A DNA stretch of 64,000 nt, from positions 992,001 through 1,056,000 of the forward strand of contig MU008174.1 of the NCBI GenBank assembly GCA_010909165.1. The letters are read 5' to 3'. This stretch comes from Anthoceros angustus. Its lineage: Eukaryota; Plantae; Anthocerotophyta. A model generated the notes under the pieces. That model was not told the DNA's origin and ran no database searches. It worked only from the letters and a program-made list of their open reading frames with translations. Position 1 is the first letter of the stretch, and each line of letters opens with the position of its first letter. Below are positions 51,001 to 63,438 of the stretch, in pieces. The position numbers and the translations under genes were made by a program.

Positions 51001-51940
51001 CTGCCTCCCCTGCTAGAGGTGAGGTGTATGCACGTGTCTCTGATGCAGGTGACCTTGATGGTTCATATGCTGCAATTTCAGGGTCACCCTCTCATGTCCG
51101 GTCACCTCATTTTTTGGCGGCTGTCGAGCAGTACAGTGCGCCCATTGCCTTAGCTTCTGCCTCGCCAGCAGCTAGCCCTGCCTCTCACACTCTGCCTCAA
51201 CTGCGTCACACTGTGTCGCCAAACTTAGAGGCTGTCAAAGCTGCTGTTGCTCCTGCACCTAAGAAGTTGGCTGCTGCTCAAAAGGCAGCAGCGCCGGCAA
51301 GTCAACAGGCTCCTCCAAAGGAAGCTCAAAAGTCTGGAGGTCTGAAGAGGTTGCTGAAGTTTGGGAGAAAGAGTACTGGCAGCAGTACCAGCAGCATTTC
51401 TAATGCAAAGACAGACTGGGTCTCTGCTTCAACCACCTCTGAAGGAGATGATGAAGCTGATGACGCAACCCATGGTGAGAGCAAGCCTCAGGGGAATGGC
51501 TCGAAATCAAGGGCACCCACAAATACGAAGAATTTCAAGAATGTGGGTCACGGCGTGGATTTCTCCTCAGATGGAATCCATGAGGACAGCTTCAATGACT
51601 ACAGCTGTAAGTGCACCTACAACTTTGCATCTGGTTCGATCCGCTACTACTGTACCTCCAGGTATAATTCTAATCCTCCTCTGATGCTGCAGCCTCGTCG
51701 GTCAGGAGCTCGATTCCAGCACCTCCAGCCAACTTCAAGCTGCGAGAGGATCACCTTGCCGGTGGAAGCATGCTAAAAGGTACCAGGCTCCGATGGCGAG
51801 AACCCCTCGTGGTTTTTACCTTTTCTTTTGTACCTTGCTTGCTAACTGTTCTTTGTTCCGGTTGTTTACCAGCTCCACGATCCTTCTTCTCACTGTCGTC
51901 TTTCCGAAGCAAAGGCAGTGAAGGGAAGTACAGGGCTTGA
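45072..51940 (+). CDS. CIP7: COP1-interacting protein 7-like, multi-exon
   Basis: Spliced N-terminus [20 protein letters not shown]|[31 protein letters not shown]|[14 protein letters not shown]; conserved [20 protein letters not shown] block; [15 protein letters not shown] block; C-terminus [16 protein letters not shown]..|[16 protein letters not shown]. Large exons underlie ORFs 46532-49312 and 49623-51776. Confidence 0.88.
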
Positions 51941-53203
51941 AGAGGTGTTAGCTGAAGTCAAGTGCCGTCAGCAAGCTTTGTGTTGTGAAGGTTATGGCGT
52001 CATTTGCGATAGCCAGAACCTGCATGCCACGAGGCATCGTATTTTATGTGCATATCAACCTCAATTATGCCTCCTTTGTGTGAGGGGAGGCCATAGGAGA
52101 TAGTTACTATACATTTTCCGTAGAGTTAGTCTAGAATCGAGAATGAACCTTTATGTTTCCACCCGAAGAGAGTATCGTCTTTATGCGGTTGCGGACAATA
52201 ATCCTCACTTCTCTGGTTCTGACATGGTCCTTGTATTAACCACGGTCATATCGTATTCTCTTTCGTATTGGGTACGTACAAATTTTCTTCATTGAGATGG
52301 ACTCCCGGATTCCAGCCCACCCTGATTCAGGCGTAGAAACAGGGAACAGGGACCTAACGTGGGGTCTGGGAGTCAATGAAGCTGCAAAGGCAATTTTGCA
52401 TCTTGCATTTCGCGTGAACTCGTGTATGCTGTTCTTCCAGCTTCCTTAAAAGCTGGAGTTGCCTGGTGTCAGGTTGGATTCAATGTGCTCCTCCAGGCAC
52501 GTCTTGTGCCCTAATCTGCTCCCAGAAGCATACAAGCATCTTGTCATCCTTTAATGCCCATATCCGGAGTCACGAGCTGGAAAGGACCACCCACCCACAA
52601 GCTGCAGATACATTCTAGACAACCTCCCATCCGGCATCCAAGATCCTGCCATCCCTTCTTCTCGTTGCTCTTGGCCGTCATTCTTCTCCCCTACTCTCAG
52701 TCCAACCCCCTCTGCACACGGTAAAGGCATAAAAGACAAGGAAGCATGACCAAGGATCTCTGACACCTTCCCTTCCTTTCACAATTCCCACAGGCACCAA
52801 GCAGACCATCTTGTCGACATATTAGAGCATGAATTCCGTTCCATGACTTCCTTGTCCCATGCTTCTTGCACAGCCGGCTTTAAGGGCAGCCTGCGCACTC
52901 ACACACACCCATGGAGGCCCCATTCCCAGAGAAGAATCGGCCTCGAAACCGAGCCGTGACTTCACCATGGCAAATTCACAAGACTGGAGCGGCTTCCCCA
53001 CCTACCCTGTCCAGCAATGCAGGCTGCAAAAGGCAGGTTTCCAGCCGGCCAAAACCTCCACACGGCATACACCGCCCGCCACCGTCTTGCATTCAATTCA
53101 AATCTGCCTGCGCTTGCGCGTGCGTCTGCGCCCTAATCCAGGGTCGATGGCGTTGCTGATGTGGGTGGCGGGCATATGTATGTATAATGGTGGTGGCGAG
53201 TGA

Positions 53204-53890
<687 letters not shown>

Positions 53891-55146
53891 CGCCCTAAGG
53901 CTTCCCCTGCTGCTGCTGCTGCTGCTGGTGCTTTCCGCATGTCTGTCTGGATGTCTGTTGGAACAAAGCTCACTTGCAGGACCCTCAGGCTCGTTTCCCT
54001 TCGCCTGGTAGCTAGTGTTAGATTTGTGCTTGACTTTGAGAGTGTATGATTGTTACCAGTACACGCTTTGGCTTGAGGACATGATACTTTTCTCCACAAG
54101 AAACTTGGTCTGTTTAGTATTCTTTCTATGTTGTGGAAGAGCAACAGCAAGAGGAGGCCACCATCAAGTTTGTCAAATCATTGTGTGCAGATGCAGGCAG
54201 CATGGCACACATAGGACATCGTTTTTTCTCTTCTATTTTCGTGACGAAGATGCTCAGAACAGCATTTCGTTGTACCCTCTTTGACTGATTTTCTCTATTT
54301 CATATAATTGTTGCATTAGAGTGTCCAGTACCAGTAGACTTCTGCGTTTCTGGCTATGAGCGTCTCGGAAGCTACTTGTGGTGTGATGGATGCACACTTG
54401 TCGGAAGCTCCCTGCCTCTCTGAAACAGAGCCGGGAGGCCGTGAATTTATTTATACCACTGCTGCCAGATCCGTTTATGCAAGCCGCAAGTTGCATGCCC
54501 GCCCTTTTATGGGCAGTTCGTGGCATCTTTCTTCAGCAGCCAGATCTCGTTGTAGTGTAGTGAGCTGCAGGGTCGCATCAGCAGCTCTGTCGTTTGACCT
54601 GGCACTTGATCGTCATTTACTGTCAATGACAATGGTTTTCAGAGCACAATATTCGGCCTCGCACGATTTGTGTGTGATGTTTTCATGGAAATGCATCTGC
54701 CTCCAACAGTTGGCTGTCGACGCTAGGCAACCCGTTCACACAGTCTGCTTTGATACACGACTATTTACGCCTAAACCGTATATGTCATAACTGTCCCCAT
54801 TTCCTTGTGGACAAGGACCTTGGCAGTCTACTCTGCGTTGTATGAGAGCACACTGGTGAAAGACTCAGTCCTCAGATGCTGCCACAATGCAAGAGCATGA
54901 GCAAGAGCACACAGGGTTGCAACAGGTGACACTGTGTCACCTGCGGTTTGGAAGAACCAAATGGGAAGCAGAGGATGGGCTGCATCGATTTCTTTTACTC
55001 ACTAGCCACGGCTGCGGTGGGAGGACCTACTCGACAGCTCCCAGGGCAGGGCCCTGGAGAGACAGCAGGGTTGTGCTCCGGAGGATGCCCTGCCAACCAC
55101 AGGGGTCCAGATCCGGGTCCGAGGACACCGTGGGGATCCATCGTCT

Positions 55147-58100
55147 TTGAGGACGATCTTGTTGTGGTGCCATCAATGGAAAGGAAGAGCGTGCTGCTGT
55201 GTGGTGGCGTCAGGAAGGTTCATGGAGCGCAGCGTAAGGGCAGGAAGCAAGGCTATCCCCTTCTGCTTACGCCAGATAGGAAGGAGGAATGCTGAGCAAC
55301 ATGCTTCTCGAGAACACCCCTGGATGAGAGTGTGTGCAGAGGGGCCGATCATCGAGGCTGTTGAAAGCTTGCAGCTTCTGGTGCAGCGGGGTTTTTATGT
55401 GCCCACATTTGTGCTGTATCGGTTCCTCAGGACGTGCATGCTAGAGAAGGATTTAGCTGTGGGCAGCTTTCTGCATTCTCTCGTTGTTACCAGTGGGTAT
55501 GAAGGGGACAAGCTTTTGGCCAACCACACTATCCGCATGTTTACCTCGCATGGAAGGTTGCACGAAGCATTACAGGTGTTTAGAAGATTCGATTCTCCAA
55601 ATGCTTTTTTGTGGTCTTCCATCATTTCGGCGAATGCTCAATGTGGCCAACCTGGGCAGGCGGTGGAAATGTATTGGAGGATGCGACAGACTTCTGTCAT
55701 GCCAGACAATCACGTCTTTGTGGCAGTCCTGAATGCATGTGCCAGCACAGCAGACTTGACCTCAGGCAGGCAGGTCCATGCCGATGTCATCAATAGTCCT
55801 GTGAAGCCTGATGTTTTTGTGGGCAGCTGTTTGGTGGATATGTATGCAAAATGTGGGAGCTTAGACGATGCCCGAGTGGTGTTTGACAACTTGGCTACAA
55901 AAAATGAGGTCACATGGTCTGCCATGCTTGCAGGATATTCTCAGCATGGGCAAGGGATGGAGGTCCTTAATCTCTATGCCAGTATGCAAAATGAGGGCAT
56001 CACTCCAGCTGATCAGATCACATTTGTCTACCTCCTTAAAGCATGTGCCAGCACTGGTGCTCTACTTCAAGGGAAGCAGGTGCATGCCGAGATTCAAGCA
56101 AGAGGACTTGGAGCTGATGCGGTTGTCGGCAGCTGCCTAATTGACATGTATGCGAAGTGTGGAAGTATGAAAGATGCTCGATGGGTATTTGACAATCTGG
56201 CGGTGAAGAATGGGGTCACGTGGAATGCCATGCTGGCTGGATATGCCCAACATGGGCGTGGTGAAGAAGCCCTTACTCTCTTTGAAGATATGCATGAAAC
56301 TGAGGCAGATCATGTCACATTTTTGTGCCTCTTCAAAGCATGTGCCAGCATTGGAGCAATAGATCGGGGAAAACAGCTTCATGCTCGGGCTCAGGAAAAA
56401 GGACTAGCGGCTGACAAAGTTGTAGGGAGCTGCTTGGTCGATATGTACGCAAAATGTGGGAGCTTAGACGAAGCCCGTAGGGTGTTTGACTCGTTGGGGA
56501 CAAAAGATGTTGTGACTTGGAATGCCATGCTCACAGGATATGTGCAGCAGGGTGTTGGGCAGGAAGCCCTGAATCTGTATGCAAGTATGCAGAAGGAGGG
56601 TATCATCCTAGCCAATCAACGTACGTTTCCGTGCCTGATAACGGCATGTGGCAACGTAGGGGCACTAGATCAGGGGCACCAACTCCATGCTCAGGTCCGG
56701 GAAAAGGGACTTGAAACTGATTTGATTATCAGCTGCTGCCTGATCGATATGTATTCAAAATGTGGGAGGCTAAGTGATGCCTGCAGGGTTTTTGACATCT
56801 TGTCTACCAGAGACGTGGTAACCTGGAATGTCATGCTTGCTGCATATGGTCACCATGGACTTGGTGAAGAAGCCCTTCAATGTTATGCAAAAATGCTGCT
56901 AGAAGGTGTGAGTCCAGATGAAGTCACTTTTCTTTCGCTTCTGTGTGCATGCAGTCATGCTGGGCTAGTAGACCAAGGTTTTGAGTACTTTGAATCCATG
57001 AGCAAAGATTACGGTTTAACTCCAAGTATAGAGCATTATGTGAGTATGATTGACATCTGTGGACGTGCTGGACATTTGACAAAGGTAGAAGAATTGCTGC
57101 AGAAGATGCCCATGCAACCTGATCTTTCCACATGGCTGTCTGTTCTGGGTGCCTGTCGGAAGCACGGGAACGTTGTGCTGGGGAAAAAGGCCTTTGATTG
57201 TGCAATACATGTCGAGCCTAAGAATGCTTCCGCATATATGTTAATGTCACACATCTATGCTGATGCTGGCATGATGGATTGTGCCAAGAAACTCTTGAGT
57301 TTGAGAGTTACGGAATGTGCGTGGAAGGAGCCTGGTCTGACTTGGATCACACTTGATCAGGAATCTCACACTTTCATTGCTGGAGCCCAGCGGGATTCAA
57401 AGTATGGAGAGGTGTATGACATGCTGCAACAGATAACTATGAGGCTGAAGACTGGTTACTCATCTGGATTGACTGGTATTCCACACAGGTACTACTGCAC
57501 TCGTCGAGAGAACCGGCTGGCGGAAAAGGAGGGCTCTTTCTCCAGACATTCAGAAAAGCGTGCAGAACAGGAACAAATCCGTCAGATAGCTGGGAACACT
57601 AGTAATCAAGGCTGTCACAATGTGGCAAATCTGATGTCAAAGAAGGATAGCAGACCGGTGTATGTCCATGCATCTGATGTGTTTGAAGGAACAACTTATG
57701 TGTCTTCTGATTTTTGTTGGGGCAAACTTTGTGAACAAGGTCCCCTCAGTCAAGCTGTTCACTTGTTGGATCAACTGCTGCAGCAAAGGTCCTGTGTTTC
57801 AATATCTGCCTTCTATGAGATCCTCAAGAGCTGCATCACAAAGAAGGATCTGGTTGCTGGCAGTATCGTCCATGCTCTGGTCTTAAAAAGTGGTTATGGT
57901 TCAAACGTCTTTTTGTCCAACCACATTATTCGCATGTATGCCTCACATGGGAGGTTGGAGGAAGCATTGCAGGTCTTTACCAGCCTGGATAATAGAAATG
58001 CTTATTCATGGTCTTCCATTATCTTGGCGCATGCTGAACATGGCCAGCCTATGCAGGCAGTAAACTTGTACTGGCAGATGCGAGAGTCTTCAGTGATGCC

Positions 58101-59892
58101 AGACCAACACACCTTCGTGGCAGCACTAAAAGCATGTGCTGGTGCAGCAGATCTGGCATCGGGCAGGCAGGTCCATGCTGATGTTGTCAGCAGTGGAATG
58201 AAGCTCAATGTGTTTGTTGGAAGCTGCCTTGTAGATATGTATTCGAAATGTGGGAGATTATCTGATGCCCGCAAGGTGTTTGACAATCTGGCCACAAGAG
58301 ATGTAGTGACGTGGAATGTGATGCTTGCAGCATACGTTCGGGATGGTCTCGGGCAAGACGTCTTAACTCTTTATGCAGGAATGCAACAGGAAGGCATCAC
58401 ACGTGGTACTCATGCCACATTTGTTTGTCTCCTGAAAGCGTGCGGCAGTATTGGTGCCGTGGATCATGGCAGGCAGATTCATCGTCAGGTTCAGGAAAGA
58501 AGGCTAGATGGTGACCCAGTTGTCGGCAGTGCTCTTGTTGATATGTACGCCAAGTGTGGGAGCTTAGATGATGCCCGTGGAGTGTTTGACAAATTGGCTG
58601 GAAAAGATGTGGTTACATGGAACACCATACTTGCGGGCTATGTTCAGCATGGCTTTGGGCATGAAGCGTTGTCCCTGTTTGCAGACATGCAACAGGAGGG
58701 CATGACTCCAGCTGATCATGTGACAACTCTCTGCGTCCTCAAAGCATGCGCCATGGTTGGTGCGTTGGATCAAGGGAAGCAGCTTCACGCCCAGGTTCGG
58801 GAAATGGGACTAGAAGCTGATGTGGTGATTGGAATGTGCCTTGTTGACATGTATGCAAAATGTGGGAGTTTAGAGGATGCCCGCAAGATGTTTGACAGTC
58901 TGGCTACAAGAGATGTGGTCACCTGGACTGCAATGCTTGCAGGATATGCTCAGCATGGACTTGGGCAGGAAGCCCTTACGCTCTATGAGAGTATGCATGA
59001 CGAGGGTATCACAAACGCCAACAATGTCACCTTTGTCTGCCTCCTAAAAGCATGTACCAGCATCGGTTCATTAGATCAGGGGAAGCAGCTCCATGCCAGG
59101 ATCCAGGAAAAAGGACTCGCCAAGGATGCGATTATTGGCAGCTGCCTGCTTGATATGTACGCAAAGTGTGGGAGCCTAAGAGACGCTTGCACAGTATTCA
59201 ACAATCTGGTTACAAGAGATGTGGTCACCTGGAACGCCATGCTTGCAGCATATGCTCATCACGGTCTTGGTGATGAGGCCCTGCGATGCTATGAACAAAT
59301 GCAGCTTGCAGGCACCCATCCAACCGGAGCCACATTTCTTTCCCTTCTCTCTGCTTGCAGTCATGCTGGCCTGGTGGACCAAGGTTTCGAGCACTTCGAA
59401 TCCATGAGCAGAGACCATGCCATCAGTCCAGATATAGAGCATTATGTGAGTGTGATGGATCTCTTTGGGCGTTCTGGAGACTTCACAAAGGTACAAGACA
59501 TTCTCTCCACGATGCCAATGCAGCCTGATCTGGCCACATGGTTGTGTGTGATGGGTGCATGTCGGAAGCATGGCAACGTCGAGCTGGGAGAACGGGCCTT
59601 CCAGCATGCAGTGCATCTGCAGCCCAAGCATGCATCGGCATATATATTAATGTCGCACATCTATTCTGGTGCTGGCCTGTTCGACAAGGCAAAGCAAGTG
59701 GACATCATAAGAAGAAAAGAAGGTGCCTGGAAGGAGCCTGGCCAGAGCCGGATTGAGCATAATCGGGAGGCGCACAATTTTGTTGCGGGAGATTGTACTC
59801 ATCCAGAGCGTGAGGAATTACATGATTTGTTGCAGAAGCTGAGTTTCCGACTGAAGAAAGCCGGGTACAACTTGCATGACTGTCAAACTTAG
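55147..59892 (+). CDS. PLS-class PPR protein made of two complete PLS-E1-E2 arrays in one ORF, with a degenerate DYW domain between them and an E+ end
   Basis: 1581-aa uninterrupted ORF (likely ATG at 55222 or 55322). Each half has about five P-L-S triplets (VGSCLVDMYAKCG, VTWNAML), E domains (WLSVLGACRKHGNV) and a PG box (WKEPG at ~57322 and ~59728). Confidence 0.92.
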   Translation: MRTILLWCHQWKGRACCCVVASGRFMERSVRAGSKAIPFCLRQIGRRNAEQHASREHPWMRVCAEGPIIEAVESLQLLVQRGFYVPTFVLYRFLRTCMLEKDLAVGSFLHSLVVTSGYEGDKLLANHTIRMFTSHGRLHEALQVFRRFDSPNAFLWSSIISANAQCGQPGQAVEMYWRMRQTSVMPDNHVFVAVLNACASTADLTSGRQVHADVINSPVKPDVFVGSCLVDMYAKCGSLDDARVVFDNLATKNEVTWSAMLAGYSQHGQGMEVLNLYASMQNEGITPADQITFVYLLKACASTGALLQGKQVHAEIQARGLGADAVVGSCLIDMYAKCGSMKDARWVFDNLAVKNGVTWNAMLAGYAQHGRGEEALTLFEDMHETEADHVTFLCLFKACASIGAIDRGKQLHARAQEKGLAADKVVGSCLVDMYAKCGSLDEARRVFDSLGTKDVVTWNAMLTGYVQQGVGQEALNLYASMQKEGIILANQRTFPCLITACGNVGALDQGHQLHAQVREKGLETDLIISCCLIDMYSKCGRLSDACRVFDILSTRDVVTWNVMLAAYGHHGLGEEALQCYAKMLLEGVSPDEVTFLSLLCACSHAGLVDQGFEYFESMSKDYGLTPSIEHYVSMIDICGRAGHLTKVEELLQKMPMQPDLSTWLSVLGACRKHGNVVLGKKAFDCAIHVEPKNASAYMLMSHIYADAGMMDCAKKLLSLRVTECAWKEPGLTWITLDQESHTFIAGAQRDSKYGEVYDMLQQITMRLKTGYSSGLTGIPHRYYCTRRENRLAEKEGSFSRHSEKRAEQEQIRQIAGNTSNQGCHNVANLMSKKDSRPVYVHASDVFEGTTYVSSDFCWGKLCEQGPLSQAVHLLDQLLQQRSCVSISAFYEILKSCITKKDLVAGSIVHALVLKSGYGSNVFLSNHIIRMYASHGRLEEALQVFTSLDNRNAYSWSSIILAHAEHGQPMQAVNLYWQMRESSVMPDQHTFVAALKACAGAADLASGRQVHADVVSSGMKLNVFVGSCLVDMYSKCGRLSDARKVFDNLATRDVVTWNVMLAAYVRDGLGQDVLTLYAGMQQEGITRGTHATFVCLLKACGSIGAVDHGRQIHRQVQERRLDGDPVVGSALVDMYAKCGSLDDARGVFDKLAGKDVVTWNTILAGYVQHGFGHEALSLFADMQQEGMTPADHVTTLCVLKACAMVGALDQGKQLHAQVREMGLEADVVIGMCLVDMYAKCGSLEDARKMFDSLATRDVVTWTAMLAGYAQHGLGQEALTLYESMHDEGITNANNVTFVCLLKACTSIGSLDQGKQLHARIQEKGLAKDAIIGSCLLDMYAKCGSLRDACTVFNNLVTRDVVTWNAMLAAYAHHGLGDEALRCYEQMQLAGTHPTGATFLSLLSACSHAGLVDQGFEHFESMSRDHAISPDIEHYVSVMDLFGRSGDFTKVQDILSTMPMQPDLATWLCVMGACRKHGNVELGERAFQHAVHLQPKHASAYILMSHIYSGAGLFDKAKQVDIIRRKEGAWKEPGQSRIEHNREAHNFVAGDCTHPEREELHDLLQKLSFRLKKAGYNLHDCQT

Positions 59893-60031
59893 AAAGGTCC
59901 AGGGTTGCGAATGGAAAAGGATTAAACATTGAATCATTAATCATGGAGATTGCTTATGAGAAGTGATTCTCATCCCACCGTTTGCGCCATACCGTGCTAT
60001 CGCATTGATTCCTCGAGTAATTTGTTTCTGA

Positions 60032-61021
60032 TCATATGATTTTTCCGTGCGACTTGTCACAAGGAACGGCCGTTACAGTTACAGATCTCTTGGGAACGGA
60101 GGCGCGAGGTGCTAGACCAGACTTGGACGAGGGCTTGAATCTTCCTCTTATCGAGTCATATACTCCAGTTTGATTGATTCGTCGTCTCTTTGCAAGCAGT
60201 TCAATCTTCCTATCAATCGGCGGCAGAGCAGCAGGATCTTTCCTGACAGCAGCACCAGTATCCGAGAATATAGAGGATGCAAGAATTGCTGCCCGCTTGT
60301 TCCTCCTGTTGGATTCAAACTTGCGAGCGAAATTCACCCTACCAGCTATTTCTGCATCCGCCTCTGAGCTGGGAAGCAACCGAATGCCCAAACCCTTACT
60401 CCTGGCCTCTGCTTCCTCAGACGCGACGCGCTTCTTCTGTTCCCTTAGCTTAGCACGAAGAGCCTTGTTCATGGAGTAGTACTTGGCATTTCTTTCATCC
60501 GAACACCGCTGCAGACGGATCAGCTCAGGTTCTGCCTGCTTGCCCTTGGCGACATCCTCTTCCAAATGCTCCAACCTGGAGAACGGATCAGCCAGATTGG
60601 CTTTATCTTCCTCGCCCGGAAGCACCAGTGTTCCTGCATCACCCGCGTCGTACACCTCAGTCTTCCGCTCAGCTCCAGCCACAATAATATACTCGCAGTT
60701 CTTCGGGTCGGTGTGAATCTCAATTCTATGTCTGCAACAGGCAGTCTTCATCGTGAAGCTCCATATCTTGGTACTGTAATGGCTCCCAACCTGCCTCTTC
60801 TCTGCGTTGAACCGCACCCCCTTGGCTATCATAGCATTGCATCCTCCACACCATATGTTGAAGGGCATCTCGAAACGGATAACCAGAATCCCTTGATCGA
60901 TCTTCTTGGCCCGCTCCCGCAACGCATGTTGGCCATGAAACTTGTTCAAGCCACCTTGATCCGGAGTCCATTCCGGCGGGTAGTAAAAATTATCGGCGCG
61001 GGCTGCTGCTAGCGTCGACAT
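60032..61021 (-). CDS. CCDC130: CWC16/YJU2-family splicing factor (CCDC130/YJU2B-like), second intronless paralog, 329 aa
   Basis: First ~60 aa identical to 26715-27692 and highly similar throughout; intact ORF. Confidence 0.93.
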   Translation of the reverse strand: MSTLAAARADNFYYPPEWTPDQGGLNKFHGQHALRERAKKIDQGILVIRFEMPFNIWCGGCNAMIAKGVRFNAEKRQVGSHYSTKIWSFTMKTACCRHRIEIHTDPKNCEYIIVAGAERKTEVYDAGDAGTLVLPGEEDKANLADPFSRLEHLEEDVAKGKQAEPELIRLQRCSDERNAKYYSMNKALRAKLREQKKRVASEEAEARSKGLGIRLLPSSEADAEIAGRVNFARKFESNRRNKRAAILASSIFSDTGAAVRKDPAALPPIDRKIELLAKRRRINQTGVYDSIRGRFKPSSKSGLAPRASVPKRSVTVTAVPCDKSHGKII

Positions 61022-62404
61022 GATTCCTCACCTTCACCCTCCCAATGCTCTCAAACAACCAACCAGGCGCGTAAATTAGAGGCAAAGCTAGCCTGTTCTT
61101 CTTCAAAAACCTCCTCTTTATGCACAGATATAGACACACAAGGGCCTACCGAGGACGCCGGCACTATATATATAACCTGCAGCTAAAATAGGTCGCCCCT
61201 GTAGTTTAGGCAACGCTAGAATGTCGAAATCCAAGGAACTTTATTTTAATAGAATAATAATAATTATAATTAGTCGATTAATAATAAAATCTTATAGATA
61301 ATAATAAACCCTCTTTGGATAGGCCACATACCTAGTTAAAAAGTAAACCACATATACAAATACAACAACTGGTCTTCAAGTAGCCTGCTATTGTCTTGAA
61401 GAGGACTCGCAATTTAGCATTTCTTATATGGAACAGAAGTGAGGAGGAAGTTTTTTTTTGAGGCTGTTATATAGCCTGAGATTTTCTTCATCCTTAAGTA
61501 ACCGCTTTTCTAATTCTTAAACAGGTTGATTTTTAATCTCTAAAAAAGGCCTTAATTATTAATATTATTTATTTATTTAGACCTATAAAATCTTGTAGAA
61601 AAAGAAAATTTTTTATTGAAGTTCATTTATTATCTTATATTTTGGAGGAGTATGTTGATCACATTCTTTGATAGAATTGATGGTAGGTAAGGAAACTAGA
61701 TAGAACTATAGTCCTCCTCTTGAATATTAACATCCTAGCCATGAGTTCATAAGAATTTCATGATTAAGTAATTCATAATAGGATCACCATGGCATGGGGT
61801 ATCACCCATCTCTGATGCTTCTTAGCCCTCCCCTTTTGTAGGGTCCTTCGGCCCTGTTATAAGATCCTTTGGGGACTCTTTGAGATAGATATATGATCTT
61901 TGTTGTCTGACGTATTAGATTAGGTTCGATAGAAACTATCAAATCATCTTAACTCGAGTAATTTATTGTCATAAAGTGGATTAAGAACTATTGAGTTATC
62001 TCAAGGTGGATTATGTAATTGTACACATCATATAATAATATTATATACCATGTTAATGATGAATCTCTTTGTCATGAACCTCTTGCCTAACAAACGGATT
62101 TTGAAATATTATTATATAAAATAAAAAATCTAAGCTTAATGGAGAACAGCGTGTGGAAATAGCCTGTGGACCAGAAAAACTCAAGTGGGAACTCTATGGG
62201 GCGACAGGACTACATCCTTTTGGTTCAATAGCTATTCACATCCTTGTCCTTACACCACACAACAGTGCACCAGAACCTTCGGCTGGCCCTTCTATCTTGA
62301 GCGATGAGGCCATGGAAGCCTCCCAACAATGACTTTGCCGATCCAAAGTGCCGTTTCTGATCCAAAGTGTCAGAAACAATCGAGCTAGTTATGAGATTGA
62401 ATGG

Positions 62405-62945
62405 CTATCCAGCCATGGAAGCAAAGTACTTGCGACCCTTGTGGACCAGTCCTTCATTACTGCATGCTACTAGAAGGCAAGTAAAAGTAGCATCATTAAG
62501 CTGAACACCGGCAACTAGCATCTCCTCTAAACAAGCTAGCGCCTTGTGACCTTTATCACAAGTACCATACCCAAATATCAGCAACCTGGAGTGCATCTTC
62601 CATATCACCACATTTTGCATATATGTCCACCAGGCATTACGTCATCTAGGAGTCCTCTTTCGACAATGTGTGAGTGAAGCTGGCTGCTCGTTTGCAAGGC
62701 TCCAATGCTTCCACTACCTTCATAAGGCAAGAGAAAGTAATATGGACAGCCAAAATCAGCCCTTCCTCCTCCATTTGTCCATACACTGGCAAGCGCCTCT
62801 TGTCCGAGCCCTTGCTGCCCACCTGCCACATCCTGCATTCCCCACAAGCCACATTCTTTTTCCCCACAAGCCACATTCTTTTTCCCCACAAGCCACATTC
62901 TTTTTCCCCACAAGCCACATTCTTTGTGTCCATGCTGTCAAAAAT
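62405..62945 (-). pseudogene. Disrupted PLS-class PPR fragment
   Basis: Fragments QGLGQEALA.., GALQTSSQLHSHIVERGLLDDV and GHKALACLEEMLVAGVQLNDATFTCLLVACSNEGLVHKGRKYFASM in different frames. Confidence 0.8.
62840..62925 (+). repeat. 22-bp minisatellite, about four units, inside the PPR pseudogene
   Basis: ccccacaagccacattcttttt at 62840, 62862, 62884 and 62906. Confidence 0.92.
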
Positions 62946-63104
62946 AACTGGCAAGCATCTTTTCCCTAGATTTTTAATTATAAATATTTATTATAGATAA
63001 AAAATTAAAACCTTATTGGGACACCTCTCCAAATAAGAGCATAGAGCTACTCCCATATGTTCCCCACTACAAGGGGTGGACTGTAGCTTGAAGATAACCA
63101 CCCT

Positions 63105-63263
63105 AAATGGCTTAGGCCAAATGGACACACATTTATAAATATGGTTATTAAGCATTTTGTGCTTGGTTCGGTACTTAGATGGAGTACCTAAAGGGAATGG
63201 ATGCCCTTGGTGGAAGTAGCTTAGGCATACCATGGTACAAGTTGTTAAGTACTAAGTCCCATG
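63105..63263 (+). repeat. Dispersed repeat related to 31724-31883, carrying a single copy of the 82-bp unit
   Basis: aaatggcttaggccaaatggacac...gtacttagatgg...ggatgcccttggtg..agtagcttaggca.accatggtacaagttgttaagtac.aagtcccatg is shared with the array flank and its first unit. Confidence 0.85.
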
Positions 63264-63438
63264 ACGGAAATCCGTCCTTAGTGGACTTAAATATAATTCT
63301 TCTTCTTCTTGTTCTAAACAATATGAATTTCTCTACAATGAATCTGGATTGTGAATATTTAATGGATTACCCAATATTCCACGGTAGGCTTTTATGGCAT
63401 ACATGACTCCAAAGTGGCTCACTGCAACTACTTGCCAT

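Noticed and set aside
57320-59892. PPR as a U-to-C editing (DYW:KP-type) factor
   Set aside because: Both PG boxes read WKEPG rather than KPAxA, and no intact deaminase is present.
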